NCBI GenBank assembly: GCA_964391805.1
Contig: CAYMNK010000005.1
Coordinates: forward strand, 96,979 to 160,978
DNA: 64,000 nucleotides
DNA from: an uncultured Christensenellaceae bacterium
GTDB lineage: Bacteria > Bacillota > Clostridia > Christensenellales > CAG-1252
Direction of reading: 5' to 3'
Shown: positions 52,948-61,596 of the stretch, one piece after another
Layout: each line of letters begins with the position of its first letter
Position numbering within the stretch: position 1 is the first letter of the stretch
Notes under the pieces: generated by a model
What the model saw: only the letters and a program-made list of their open reading frames with translations
Told to the model about the DNA's origin: nothing
Database searches by the model: none
Program-made: the position numbers and the translations under genes

Positions 52948-55464
52948 TTATAATTTAATCCACAAGGAGGGAACTACGCCCATATATGTATAATTAACCA
53001 TTTCATCATATATTTCACCATTATAATAAATATATCGAGCATAATAGCTATCACGAGTAAACGGCGAGCGTAGCCACCACCAGCAGTTTCCATTATAATC
53101 GGATGTATTTGCTAAACACCCTTGACTTTTAGCGTAGTCGGTACTCTTTCGTTGTCCGCTCTCGGTAGATAAATTGTATTTTTCGACTTCAGCATATGAC
53201 AACAAAAATACTGCATCTTTTGTATTAGAGCAAACATATAGACCGTCGTCACTTCCCGCACTCGAAGCTGAATTAACTACACTGGTGATACTAATTATTT
53301 TCTTTTGATATTCGCTAAATGTAGTATCATAAAAGGTGTCGTTTAACCATGAACGGATAGTGCTATACTCATAGTTATTCTCATAAACGGTTCCTCTATC
53401 TTTAATACGTGTATTTCCGTTAGCAGTTGTATAGTAATTTTGACTATCAATCGCTATATCGCAAAGTAAAAGAGCATTACCGTTTTTTTCATCAAGTATT
53501 TGCCACTTAATAGGTTCATACTTAAACCAATAAATTGTATTAGTATAATATCCGTTATCACTTTGATAACTGTTACCGCTTGATGAACTATAAGTCGTAA
53601 AATATGGACGATAATTCGTAAAATATACGCCACGATATTTTTCAGTATCATACTCAACATCTATATACCACATGTAGTTAGATATATTACCGCTAATATA
53701 ATAACCGTAGGATGCCCAATTTCTACTATATGAGGATGTTGGCAGTGTTCCAGCTAAATCGTTTAGCGAAGTTTCTAACGTACTATCCGATACAAGGCTT
53801 TGAGGATATTCACCAAACAATATAGTATCGCCCACTCTTGAATATACTTTTATCATTTTACGAGTAATTGTTACATTATGAGAAGGCATAAGCGTTTCTG
53901 AAGTAATTATTTCATCATCTATATAGTATTCATAATAATACCCTTCTTTTCTGTTTTTATCCGAACTAATAATACTCTCTAAGATGGGATTGCCTTCCTT
54001 TTGGGTACAAAGAAGACTCCCATTTAATGTAATCCTTAAAGTTTCTTTTTCTTTCCAGTTGGCATAATAGGTAATCTTTTCCCAAATACGCTCACCTTCG
54101 GTGAAGCGAGTGGAATCGGTAGATAAGTATCCATCGGGTTCGGTATACCAGCCCATAAAAGTGTAGCCTTCCCTACTTACTTCAGGCGTGTCGTCATTAA
54201 AAATAGAACCGATTTTAACCCTAACGGCATAGCCACCTTCCCCACCATTAGCGTCAAATACAACTTTAACTTTCTTGTTATTTGATGAAAACGGTGTTAG
54301 TTGAACTCGTTTATATTCTTCGGCTAAATCTGCTTCTTCACCAATATAGATAGTTCCGTTACCATCCTTCTTGAAGTAGTAACTATATTTAACATCTCCG
54401 AACAAGTCATCGGTTGTGCTAAATGTGATTTTGTTATCGGATACCTTCCATTTACCGCTTTCGGTTGAAGTTTCGCCTGTGAAATCTTGATAATAAACAG
54501 TATATTTACTCGGGGTAAAACTATAGAAGTCGTCGGGATCATCTACATTTACATATACACCGCGTACACCTATAAAACAAACCATTAGCGTGATGGCGGT
54601 AGCTAAAATTGCAAGAACAATAATAAATTTTAAAGCGCCGGCTTGCATAAAGGCTTTGAATGACGCCCACTTACCGGCAAAAGACATTTTATATACTTTA
54701 TTCTCAAGGATTTTGTGTTTTGCTTCTAAGTCGTTAATCCGCTTTTTAAGTTCGCTCGTTTCGTGCTCGTCGGTATCTTTCTTTTTATCCTTGATTTCTT
54801 TATTTACCTCTTTATTCTTAACTTCTCTTTTATCTTTGTTGTCTATATCGTTGATTTTTTTCTTTAAATAATCGAGTTCAGTCTGTAATTCGAGGTTCTT
54901 TTGTTTGAGTTCGTCGCACTCGTTACGCATATTAATTAAAGCGGATTCGTCCTTAGCGGAAAGTTCGACTGAAGGATTATCAACCTTAACGTCTTCCTCG
55001 ATATGGTCCACTCTATCATCGCATCCAAATGGATTATCTGTCGGACGCTCATTAAAAGTAGACGGATTATAACTTACTTCGTCAATATTATCTTCAACAA
55101 AGAAACGTATATCCCTCGAATCATCAACTTTATTAGAATTAGCACTTGAATCGATCAAATTATCGTTATGCAAATTCTCTATAGACTCGGAATGTTCTTC
55201 AACAAAAGTAATTTCACTACCATAGGTCTTATCACCAAAAGGCATATGAAAAGAATCATTAATGGCATCGATAGGTTTAGAAAAATCGGAAGACACTTTT
55301 TCATTCGCATCAACGGGTTCCGATTCGTCTACATTTTCCAATTCATCATCGTAGTCGTCATATCCGTCATAATCGTCATCCAATTTAAAAAAGGCATTAC
55401 AGTATTTACATGCAAAATAACCGTTGACTTCGAGCAGTTCATTTCCACACTTCGGACACTTCAT
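52948..55464 (-). CDS. bitopic membrane protein: N-terminal zinc ribbon, acidic region, Lys/Glu coiled coil, one TM helix, a Listeria-Bacteroides repeat and a C-terminal DUF6273-like domain
   Basis: Start moved to ATG 55464 (MKCPKCGNEL...CKYC), 6 nt after AAGGAGA. The TM helix is ALKFIIVLAILATAITLMVCFIGV. Other motifs are GYTFMGWYTEPDGY, FGEYPQ...IKWQILD...IRSWLN...VFLLSYAE and CWWWLRSP...GVVPSLWI. Confidence 0.78.
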   Translation of the reverse strand: MKCPKCGNELLEVNGYFACKYCNAFFKLDDDYDGYDDYDDELENVDESEPVDANEKVSSDFSKPIDAINDSFHMPFGDKTYGSEITFVEEHSESIENLHNDNLIDSSANSNKVDDSRDIRFFVEDNIDEVSYNPSTFNERPTDNPFGCDDRVDHIEEDVKVDNPSVELSAKDESALINMRNECDELKQKNLELQTELDYLKKKINDIDNKDKREVKNKEVNKEIKDKKKDTDEHETSELKKRINDLEAKHKILENKVYKMSFAGKWASFKAFMQAGALKFIIVLAILATAITLMVCFIGVRGVYVNVDDPDDFYSFTPSKYTVYYQDFTGETSTESGKWKVSDNKITFSTTDDLFGDVKYSYYFKKDGNGTIYIGEEADLAEEYKRVQLTPFSSNNKKVKVVFDANGGEGGYAVRVKIGSIFNDDTPEVSREGYTFMGWYTEPDGYLSTDSTRFTEGERIWEKITYYANWKEKETLRITLNGSLLCTQKEGNPILESIISSDKNRKEGYYYEYYIDDEIITSETLMPSHNVTITRKMIKVYSRVGDTILFGEYPQSLVSDSTLETSLNDLAGTLPTSSYSRNWASYGYYISGNISNYMWYIDVEYDTEKYRGVYFTNYRPYFTTYSSSSGNSYQSDNGYYTNTIYWFKYEPIKWQILDEKNGNALLLCDIAIDSQNYYTTANGNTRIKDRGTVYENNYEYSTIRSWLNDTFYDTTFSEYQKKIISITSVVNSASSAGSDDGLYVCSNTKDAVFLLSYAEVEKYNLSTESGQRKSTDYAKSQGCLANTSDYNGNCWWWLRSPFTRDSYYARYIYYNGEIYDEMVNYTYMGVVPSLWIKL

Positions 55465-55726
55465 ATCATTTCTCCTTACGATAAGCAGTATTTTAGCTTT
55501 TAGCATAAATAATTCTTGACTGTCGAAAGTTTCCCCTATTGATAATCAAGATAATCGCATTCCCAATACTATACCTATTCGCAGTTATATGACAAATTAG
55601 GTATATTAGCGCCTTCTCGGCTACTTTTTACATTTTATCACTTATCTAATGTAGTTGTCAAGATGCATTCGAAAAGAATGTAAATAAGTGTAAAAAAATA
55701 CGCGCAATGCGTACTTCTTTTTAATA

Positions 55727-55958
55727 AGGATGCAGATACCGACGCTATGCGTCACCCTATCGGGTTCGACTACGCTTACTACGCTTGGGTATGACAAAAT
55801 TGGACGCTGGCGCTTTTATGATTTGGATTAAGATACTGCAAGGCAAGCCTTGCACTGCTTCGCAGTTCGACTGCGGTTTTCAACCTTCGCTCAGTATGAC
55901 AAGAACCGCAATAGTAAGTACATAATAAAAGCAAGTGCGAGGACTTGCTTTTGGCGAA
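55727..55958 (+). repeat. Intergenic mosaic repeat locus R10: two forward units plus the first hairpin of the twin-hairpin module
   Basis: gcagataccgacgctatgcgtcaccctatcgggttcgactacgc... comes first. It is followed by ggattaagatactgcaaggcaagccttgcactgcttcgcagttcgactgcggttttcaaccttcgctcagtatgaca, then aaaagcaagtgcgaggacttgctttt. Confidence 0.9.
55921..55952 (-). terminator. terminator of the P-type ATPase gene, provided by the repeat-family hairpin
   Basis: A 10-bp stem aaaagcaagt/acttgctttt lies 30 nt past the ATPase stop. On the minus strand it is followed by TTTTATTAT. Confidence 0.7.
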
Positions 55959-55982
55959 AAATGATAAACACAAAGAATAATA

Positions 55983-58634
55983 TTATAGGTCGTCGGCGAA
56001 GCGGGTGCGACGCAATATACATTTACGAATAATGTCGTAAGGAATAATTGCGAGACTTAAACCGAATATTACTAACCACTGATAAATATCGAGTCCCGTA
56101 CATTGGAATACGGCTCCGCCAAACTGCGTCAATATGATTTGGATTACGAAAATCAAACCGATACAAGGCAAGAATCCCTTATTCTCACGAATGTTGTTAA
56201 ACAGCGTAATAGAACTTGTACGAGTATTGAAGGCGTTGAAAATCGCACTTAACATAAAGAATGTAAAGAATGCCGTATGTGATACCGTCGCTTCGGATGT
56301 AGTGTCAAACGGGAAGAAAGATACAAACGCAGGCAATTTAAGAATCAGCATTCCTATAACTACCACAAAGACTGCAGATGTGATTATCCTAATCCACATC
56401 GATTTACTGATGATGTCTCCGTCTCTACTCTTCGGTTTTTCATCCATATATTTCGGAAGGGGCGGTTCTCCACCGAATGCGATTGCCGCAAGGGTATCTA
56501 TTACGAGATTCACCCATAATATTTGGATAATACTTAACGGTTCCGCTATACTGAAGAATGATGCAAGGAAACTGATAAGTACCGCCGCGATATTTATCGA
56601 GAGTTGGAATACGACAAACTTACGAATGCTATTAAAAATGGTTCTACCGTATAAAACCGCTCTTGCTATGGTGGAGAAATTATCGTCAAGAATAACTAAA
56701 TCACTCGCCTCCTTAGCAACTTCCGTACCACCGCCCATACCAAAGCCTACATCGGCTTTCTTGAGTGCGGGAGAATCGTTGACACCGTCACCGGTCATAC
56801 CGACAACGAGGTTCATACTCTTACTGATATCTACAAGTCTACTCTTATCGCTGGGCAACGCTCTTGCAATCACCTTAATATTCGGCAAACAATCCTTGAT
56901 GTCGTCGTCAGACATACTTGCAAGCTCGTCGGAAGTGAATACGAGGTCGTCTTCACTATCGATAATGCCTGATTCCTTGGCAATGGCAATTGCCGTTTCT
57001 CTGCGGTCACCGGTAATCATTACTACCTGTATACCCGCTCTTTGTACTTCGGCTATGGCTTCAACCGCCTCGGGGCGAACATCGTCACGAATGCCGATAT
57101 ACGCGACAAGAGTAAGTTGAGCGTCGCTTAAATTGCCGTCGACAATTTCATCGTTAGTGTACGCAAATATCAATACACGCATTGCACGAAGGGCTAAATC
57201 GATAATAGATCTATCGATAGAAGACGGATCGGTTAACGGTTGTTCTCTACCTTCCGCATCGAGATAGTATTTACAACGAGGTAAAAGTCTTTCGGGAGCA
57301 CCCTTTATAATTGTTTTACCGTTGTCGAGGGTGACACAGGAATATTTATTCGTACTATTGAAAGGAATGCTATTAATAACGCCCTTGGGTTTGGTTTCGC
57401 TATCAATAACATATTGAGCCAACGCCCTCTCGGTAGCGTTACCGCCGACAACCGTCAAGTTTCCCAACTCATCTTTAGTCAATATCGACTGGGTGTTTGT
57501 CAAAATATTATCGGTCAATTCGTCCATAATCGGCTTAGGAATGGCGTTCGGTTCGGTATATGCCTTTCCGCTACCGTCATGTACCGAGACTACTTCGAGT
57601 TTACCTTTGGTAATCGTTCCGGTCTTATCCGAAAAAAGTATGTTAAGACTTCCTGCCGTTTCGATACCTACTATTTTACGAACAAGAACGTTTTCCTTGA
57701 GCATCTTGTTCATATTAAGTGCGGAAACCAATGCAATCATCAAAGGTAAGCCTTCCGGAACAGCCATTACTATAATAGTGACGGCTAACATTAACGCTTC
57801 GACACAATCACCGAATACTACCATCCAGTCACCCGAGAAATAGGCACTAATCAATTGAGGATCAAAATTGTTTTCTATAATAAATTTGAGGAATAAATAG
57901 GATAACGCTATGAGTATACCGCCAATATAGCCAAATACACTTATCATTTTGGCAAGTTTTTCAAGTTTAACCTTTAGTGGTGACGGTCTATCGTCGTTTT
58001 GCTGTAGTTCCTCTGCAATTTTACCATATACAGACTTATCACCAACAACAGTTACTCTCATTACGCCGTTACCGTTACAAACGATGGAACCGCGGTATAC
58101 GCTACTGTAATCGAGAAAATCTCTATAATCGGTTTCTTCACCGGGAACTTTGGTAACATCCTTACTTTCACCGTTTAACGCAGACTGATCGACAGATACC
58201 TCGCCTTCAATGATTATACCGTCTGCGGGAACTTTATCGCCAAGTTGCAATAATACTATATCGCCGACTACAAGGTCGTCTATAACTATCTCTTTGATAA
58301 CTCCGTCTCTAAATACCTTACATATAATTCGAGATGCCTCTTCTTGGAGTTTTTTGAAAACATTTTCGTTACGATACTCCGAAAAAGTCGAAACAAAGGT
58401 TGCTAATAACACTGCTATCGAAATGCCTACGGGTTCGTACCATTCGCACTTACCGAAACATGCAATCACAATATTGATAACCAATGCAACCAATAATATT
58501 TCTATCATCGGATCTTTGAAGTTTCTTAATAACTTTTTCCAGAACGATTCGCCTTTGACTTCGGTAAGTTTGTTATCACCGTGTTCCGCTCTGGAGCGAA
58601 CTACTTCTTGTTCGCTTAATCCCTTATAGTTCAT
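55983..58634 (-). CDS. P-type cation-transporting ATPase, Ca2+ (P2A/P2B) type
   Basis: DKTGTITKG phosphorylation site, TGES-like NGESK, PEGLP, MITGDRRETA and GDGVNDSPALKKADVG, with 10 TM segments. Confidence 0.9.
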   Translation of the reverse strand: MNYKGLSEQEVVRSRAEHGDNKLTEVKGESFWKKLLRNFKDPMIEILLVALVINIVIACFGKCEWYEPVGISIAVLLATFVSTFSEYRNENVFKKLQEEASRIICKVFRDGVIKEIVIDDLVVGDIVLLQLGDKVPADGIIIEGEVSVDQSALNGESKDVTKVPGEETDYRDFLDYSSVYRGSIVCNGNGVMRVTVVGDKSVYGKIAEELQQNDDRPSPLKVKLEKLAKMISVFGYIGGILIALSYLFLKFIIENNFDPQLISAYFSGDWMVVFGDCVEALMLAVTIIVMAVPEGLPLMIALVSALNMNKMLKENVLVRKIVGIETAGSLNILFSDKTGTITKGKLEVVSVHDGSGKAYTEPNAIPKPIMDELTDNILTNTQSILTKDELGNLTVVGGNATERALAQYVIDSETKPKGVINSIPFNSTNKYSCVTLDNGKTIIKGAPERLLPRCKYYLDAEGREQPLTDPSSIDRSIIDLALRAMRVLIFAYTNDEIVDGNLSDAQLTLVAYIGIRDDVRPEAVEAIAEVQRAGIQVVMITGDRRETAIAIAKESGIIDSEDDLVFTSDELASMSDDDIKDCLPNIKVIARALPSDKSRLVDISKSMNLVVGMTGDGVNDSPALKKADVGFGMGGGTEVAKEASDLVILDDNFSTIARAVLYGRTIFNSIRKFVVFQLSINIAAVLISFLASFFSIAEPLSIIQILWVNLVIDTLAAIAFGGEPPLPKYMDEKPKSRDGDIISKSMWIRIITSAVFVVVIGMLILKLPAFVSFFPFDTTSEATVSHTAFFTFFMLSAIFNAFNTRTSSITLFNNIRENKGFLPCIGLIFVIQIILTQFGGAVFQCTGLDIYQWLVIFGLSLAIIPYDIIRKCILRRTRFADDL

Positions 58635-58807
58635 CTATGCCTCCACTCGGTCTTTGTAGATAGACCGCGCAAATAGTTGTTGTGTAAATTCATTTTATTA
58701 TTATACCATATTTCAAAAATAATAACATACTAATAATAGGTACCTTATTTGAAAAATGCAACAATTATTACAATATCTTAATAAATTTTCCGTTTACGGA
58801 TACCTAA

Positions 58808-58836
58808 TTGACAAAAAATGCCACGATATTTATAAT
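58808..58836 (+). promoter_or_regulatory. consensus sigma-A promoter placed so that the transcript would start at or next to the ATG (leaderless)
   Basis: TTGACA (58808-58813), 17-nt spacer, TATAAT (58831-58836). ATG 58844 begins 8 nt after the -10 hexamer, and there is no Shine-Dalgarno between them. Confidence 0.65.
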
Positions 58837-58843
58837 TTATATT

Positions 58844-60316
58844 ATGAAAAGAATCATCGTTTTGATACTCTGTATATTTATTACGTTGTCTTTGGTTTGC
58901 TGTAATCATGTAGGACTAAGCACACCCGAATTGACTATCGACGGCGATATTTTGTCTTGGTCCGCTATTTCGGGTGCCGAAAGCTATTCTTTGAAGATAA
59001 TGTTCGATGACGTTAACGGATACGAATTGACAACGACCGAAACTTCCTATAAGGCTAAGTTCGTCAAAGAAGGGTGCTATACATTCGCGGTAAGAGCAAA
59101 TGTTAACGGTAAGTACACTAAATATTCTAACGAGGTCACCTATACACTCGATAAGGACATCAATATATCTTCGAGTCCCGACGGTTCGGTTACCTATAGA
59201 GGTTCGGGAACGGCGGACGACCCAATTCTTATCGAATCGGCTACACAACTACTATCCATTCAAACAGGTACTAAAAAAGTTACTACAAACGGTATATCCG
59301 AAACTATTCAACTCTATTATAAGCAAACATGCAATATCGATTTATCAGGTAAAAATAGCGATCCTATTTGTACCGGTTCGCAAAAATTCTCGGGTTACTA
59401 CGACGGTAACGGCTATAAAATTATCAACCTTACTCAAAATAAAGTACCCGATTCAGGTTACATTTATATGGGTTTGTTTGGCTCTATAGAAAATGCAAGC
59501 ATAATTAACGTGACTATCGAAAACTATTCAGTCAATATGAGTTATGTTTCTAAGGGTTTCGGTTGGGGTGCCATTGCCGGCTATAGTAAGCAGTCAAACA
59601 TCGAAAACTGCCACGTGACAGGCAATATATCCATAAATTCACCAATAAACGCTGTTTACTACGGATATGCAGGAATGCTGATCGGCGAATCTTATGGTTC
59701 TACAATTCGCAGATGCTCCGCTTCGGGCGAAATCAATATGGTGTTTTCGAAATGTTATGTCGGCGGTATTGCAGGTACAACCAATATCGGAACTAAGGAC
59801 ACAATACAAAACTGCTTATCCACCGTCAAAATTACTACGCATTCAACCGGTAGAAACTCCGGTGTACCCGAAACAAGCAGTTATGCAGGCGGGCTTATCG
59901 GATATGCAACATCGTTTAGTGAAGTAAATAATTCGGTAGCGGATGCGTATCTCGTCGCAACCGCAATCGATGGCGGTGATCCGCTCACAATCGGTATAGG
60001 TATTTTCGGCGGTGGTAAATTTAGATCGGCAGACGGTTTATCGTCGCTCGAATATACAAACTGTTATTTCAATTATCAAAAGATGGGATTGGAGTTAAGC
60101 GAAGAATATCCTACAATAGAAGCGTTAGTAGATAGATACGCTATCGGCGGTAAAACGGTTAAACAAAACTCAAAAACTACCGTATTTGGTTTCGATGACA
60201 ATCAAGCGTCGTTTGAGGAAACATATAAAGATTTCGATTTTACCGATATATGGGAATTTAAAGACGGCAAATTAGCACTTCGTAGCTACAAAGCCGAGCA
60301 TACAATATCAATTTAG
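58844..60316 (+). CDS. GLUG-motif repeat lipoprotein
   Basis: Start moved from TTG 58808 (which is the -35 box) to ATG 58844 (MKRIIVLILCIFITLSLVCC lipobox). GLUG-type repeats are GLFGSI, GAIAGYS, GGIAGTT and GGLIGYA. Confidence 0.75.
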   Translation: MKRIIVLILCIFITLSLVCCNHVGLSTPELTIDGDILSWSAISGAESYSLKIMFDDVNGYELTTTETSYKAKFVKEGCYTFAVRANVNGKYTKYSNEVTYTLDKDINISSSPDGSVTYRGSGTADDPILIESATQLLSIQTGTKKVTTNGISETIQLYYKQTCNIDLSGKNSDPICTGSQKFSGYYDGNGYKIINLTQNKVPDSGYIYMGLFGSIENASIINVTIENYSVNMSYVSKGFGWGAIAGYSKQSNIENCHVTGNISINSPINAVYYGYAGMLIGESYGSTIRRCSASGEINMVFSKCYVGGIAGTTNIGTKDTIQNCLSTVKITTHSTGRNSGVPETSSYAGGLIGYATSFSEVNNSVADAYLVATAIDGGDPLTIGIGIFGGGKFRSADGLSSLEYTNCYFNYQKMGLELSEEYPTIEALVDRYAIGGKTVKQNSKTTVFGFDDNQASFEETYKDFDFTDIWEFKDGKLALRSYKAEHTISI

Positions 60317-60328
60317 GAGGAATTAATC

Positions 60329-61162
60329 ATGAGTTATGCAGATGAAGTTTTTAAGCAAAACATCCGCGATATTTTAGAAAACGGCTTTTCTGATGAAGGA
60401 CTAAAGGTGCGTCCATATTGGGCGGATGACCACTCCCCCGCTCATACCGTAAAAAAATTCTGCATAGTAAATAGATACGACCTATCTAAAGAATTCCCGA
60501 TTATGACGCTTAGAAAAACTAACTTCCGTGCCGCAATCGATGAAATATTATGGATTTGGCAAAAAAAATCTAACAACGTCAACGATTTAAATAGCCATAT
60601 TTGGGACGCATGGGCGGACGAAAGCGGTAGCATCGGTAAAGCTTACGGCTATCAACTCGGAATCAAACACCAATACCCCGAAGGCGAATTCGATCAAGTG
60701 GATAGAGTTTTGTATGACCTCAAAAACAATCCCGCATCGAGAAGAATTATGACAAACATTTATGTGCATCAAGATTTGCACGAAATGAACCTCTATCCTT
60801 GCGCTTATTCGGTGACGTTCAACGTGACAGGCAATAAACTCAATGCAATACTCAATCAACGTTCTCAAGATATGGTGGTTGCAAACAATTGGAATATCGT
60901 ACAATATGCAGTCCTTGTACACATGTTTGCACAAGTTAGCGGACTCGAGGTCGGAGAACTTGTACATGTAATTGCCGATGCTCATATATATGATAGACAT
61001 ATTCCTATTGCAAAGGGTATGATAGAAAGAGTACCGTTTAATGCTCCTAAATTGATCATCGATAAGTCAATAACGAATTTCTATGATTTTACCGTTGATA
61101 GCTTTTCACTCGAAGGTTACGAATGGCATAAATTAGGATGTAAATTACCGGTAGCGGTATAA
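60329..61162 (+). CDS. thyA: thymidylate synthase (B. subtilis ThyA-like subtype)
   Basis: ILWIWQKKSNNVNDLN, NPASRRIM, the catalytic PCAYSV, and RSQDMVVANNWNIVQY. Confidence 0.93.
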   Translation: MSYADEVFKQNIRDILENGFSDEGLKVRPYWADDHSPAHTVKKFCIVNRYDLSKEFPIMTLRKTNFRAAIDEILWIWQKKSNNVNDLNSHIWDAWADESGSIGKAYGYQLGIKHQYPEGEFDQVDRVLYDLKNNPASRRIMTNIYVHQDLHEMNLYPCAYSVTFNVTGNKLNAILNQRSQDMVVANNWNIVQYAVLVHMFAQVSGLEVGELVHVIADAHIYDRHIPIAKGMIERVPFNAPKLIIDKSITNFYDFTVDSFSLEGYEWHKLGCKLPVAV

Positions 61163-61196
61163 AAAAAAGTCCTCACCGATTGGTGAGGCTTTTTTA
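61163..61196 (+). terminator. rho-independent terminator after thyA
   Basis: An A8 run, stem cctcacc-gatt-ggtgagg, then c plus a T6 run. Confidence 0.85.
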
Positions 61197-61204
61197 ATAA
61201 TAGG

Positions 61205-61460
61205 TAATAGTGAATAGTGAAGATGTGTAGATTGAGTGGATTGATGGTAATCGTTACCGTCCAAGATACTGCAAGGCAAGCCTTGCACTGCTTCGCAGTT
61301 CGACTGCGCTTACGCTCCGCTCAGTATGCCGGGACGGGCGCTAAAGCGAATCATTTTGCGGATGCAGATACCGACGCAAAGCGTCGCCCTATAGGTTCGA
61401 CTACAGACTTCGTCTTCCGCTCAGTATGGCATCAATAGACAAATATAGTAAGTGCAAAAT
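61205..61460 (+). repeat. Intergenic mosaic repeat locus R11: leader-like module F plus two forward units
   Basis: taatagtgaatagtgaagatgtgtagattgagtggattgatggtaatcgttaccgtccaagatac is followed by tgcaaggc-aa-gccttgca.... The second unit carries cgacgc-aaa-gcgtcg. Confidence 0.9.
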
Positions 61461-61517
61461 AAAAAGCAAGTGCGATGACTTGCTTTTTGCGGGCGATTAC
61501 TAATCGCCTTTTTTTTT
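61461..61517. terminator. twin-hairpin module acting as a bidirectional terminator between thyA (+) and potD (-)
   Basis: Hairpin 1 is aaaaagcaagt-gcgatg-acttgcttttt. Hairpin 2 is ggcgatt-act-aatcgcc followed by a T9 run. Read on the minus strand, hairpin 1 is followed by TTTTTATTTT. Confidence 0.75.
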
Positions 61518-61596
61518 GAATTATATATATTACTTTATTGTCATATATTTATTATTTGCAGTGTGAGCGACTAATAGTTAAGGTAATAACCGATCA

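Noticed and set aside
56134-57120. A 328-aa plus-strand ORF, along with many other 60-150-aa ORFs in the track (for example 10669-11115, 14098-14526, 35085-35534, 36090-36521, 45573-46001 and 47999-48367).
   Set aside because: They lie entirely antisense to, or out of frame within, long genes with clear conserved motifs (P-type ATPase, dus, glmM, spoIIE, folD, the giant lipoprotein). They have low-complexity Ser/Thr/Ile-rich composition and no RBS. They are shadow ORFs.
58808-58843. Track start codons TTG 58808, TTG 36590, TTG 41186, TTG 5658, ATG 52668, ATG 55506, ATG 11781, ATG 12839 and ATG 13964.
   Set aside because: In each case an internal ATG is better supported. It has a proper RBS or signal peptide, or the upstream start falls inside a promoter hexamer or the RBS itself. 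Coordinates were adjusted accordingly, but these remain predictions.
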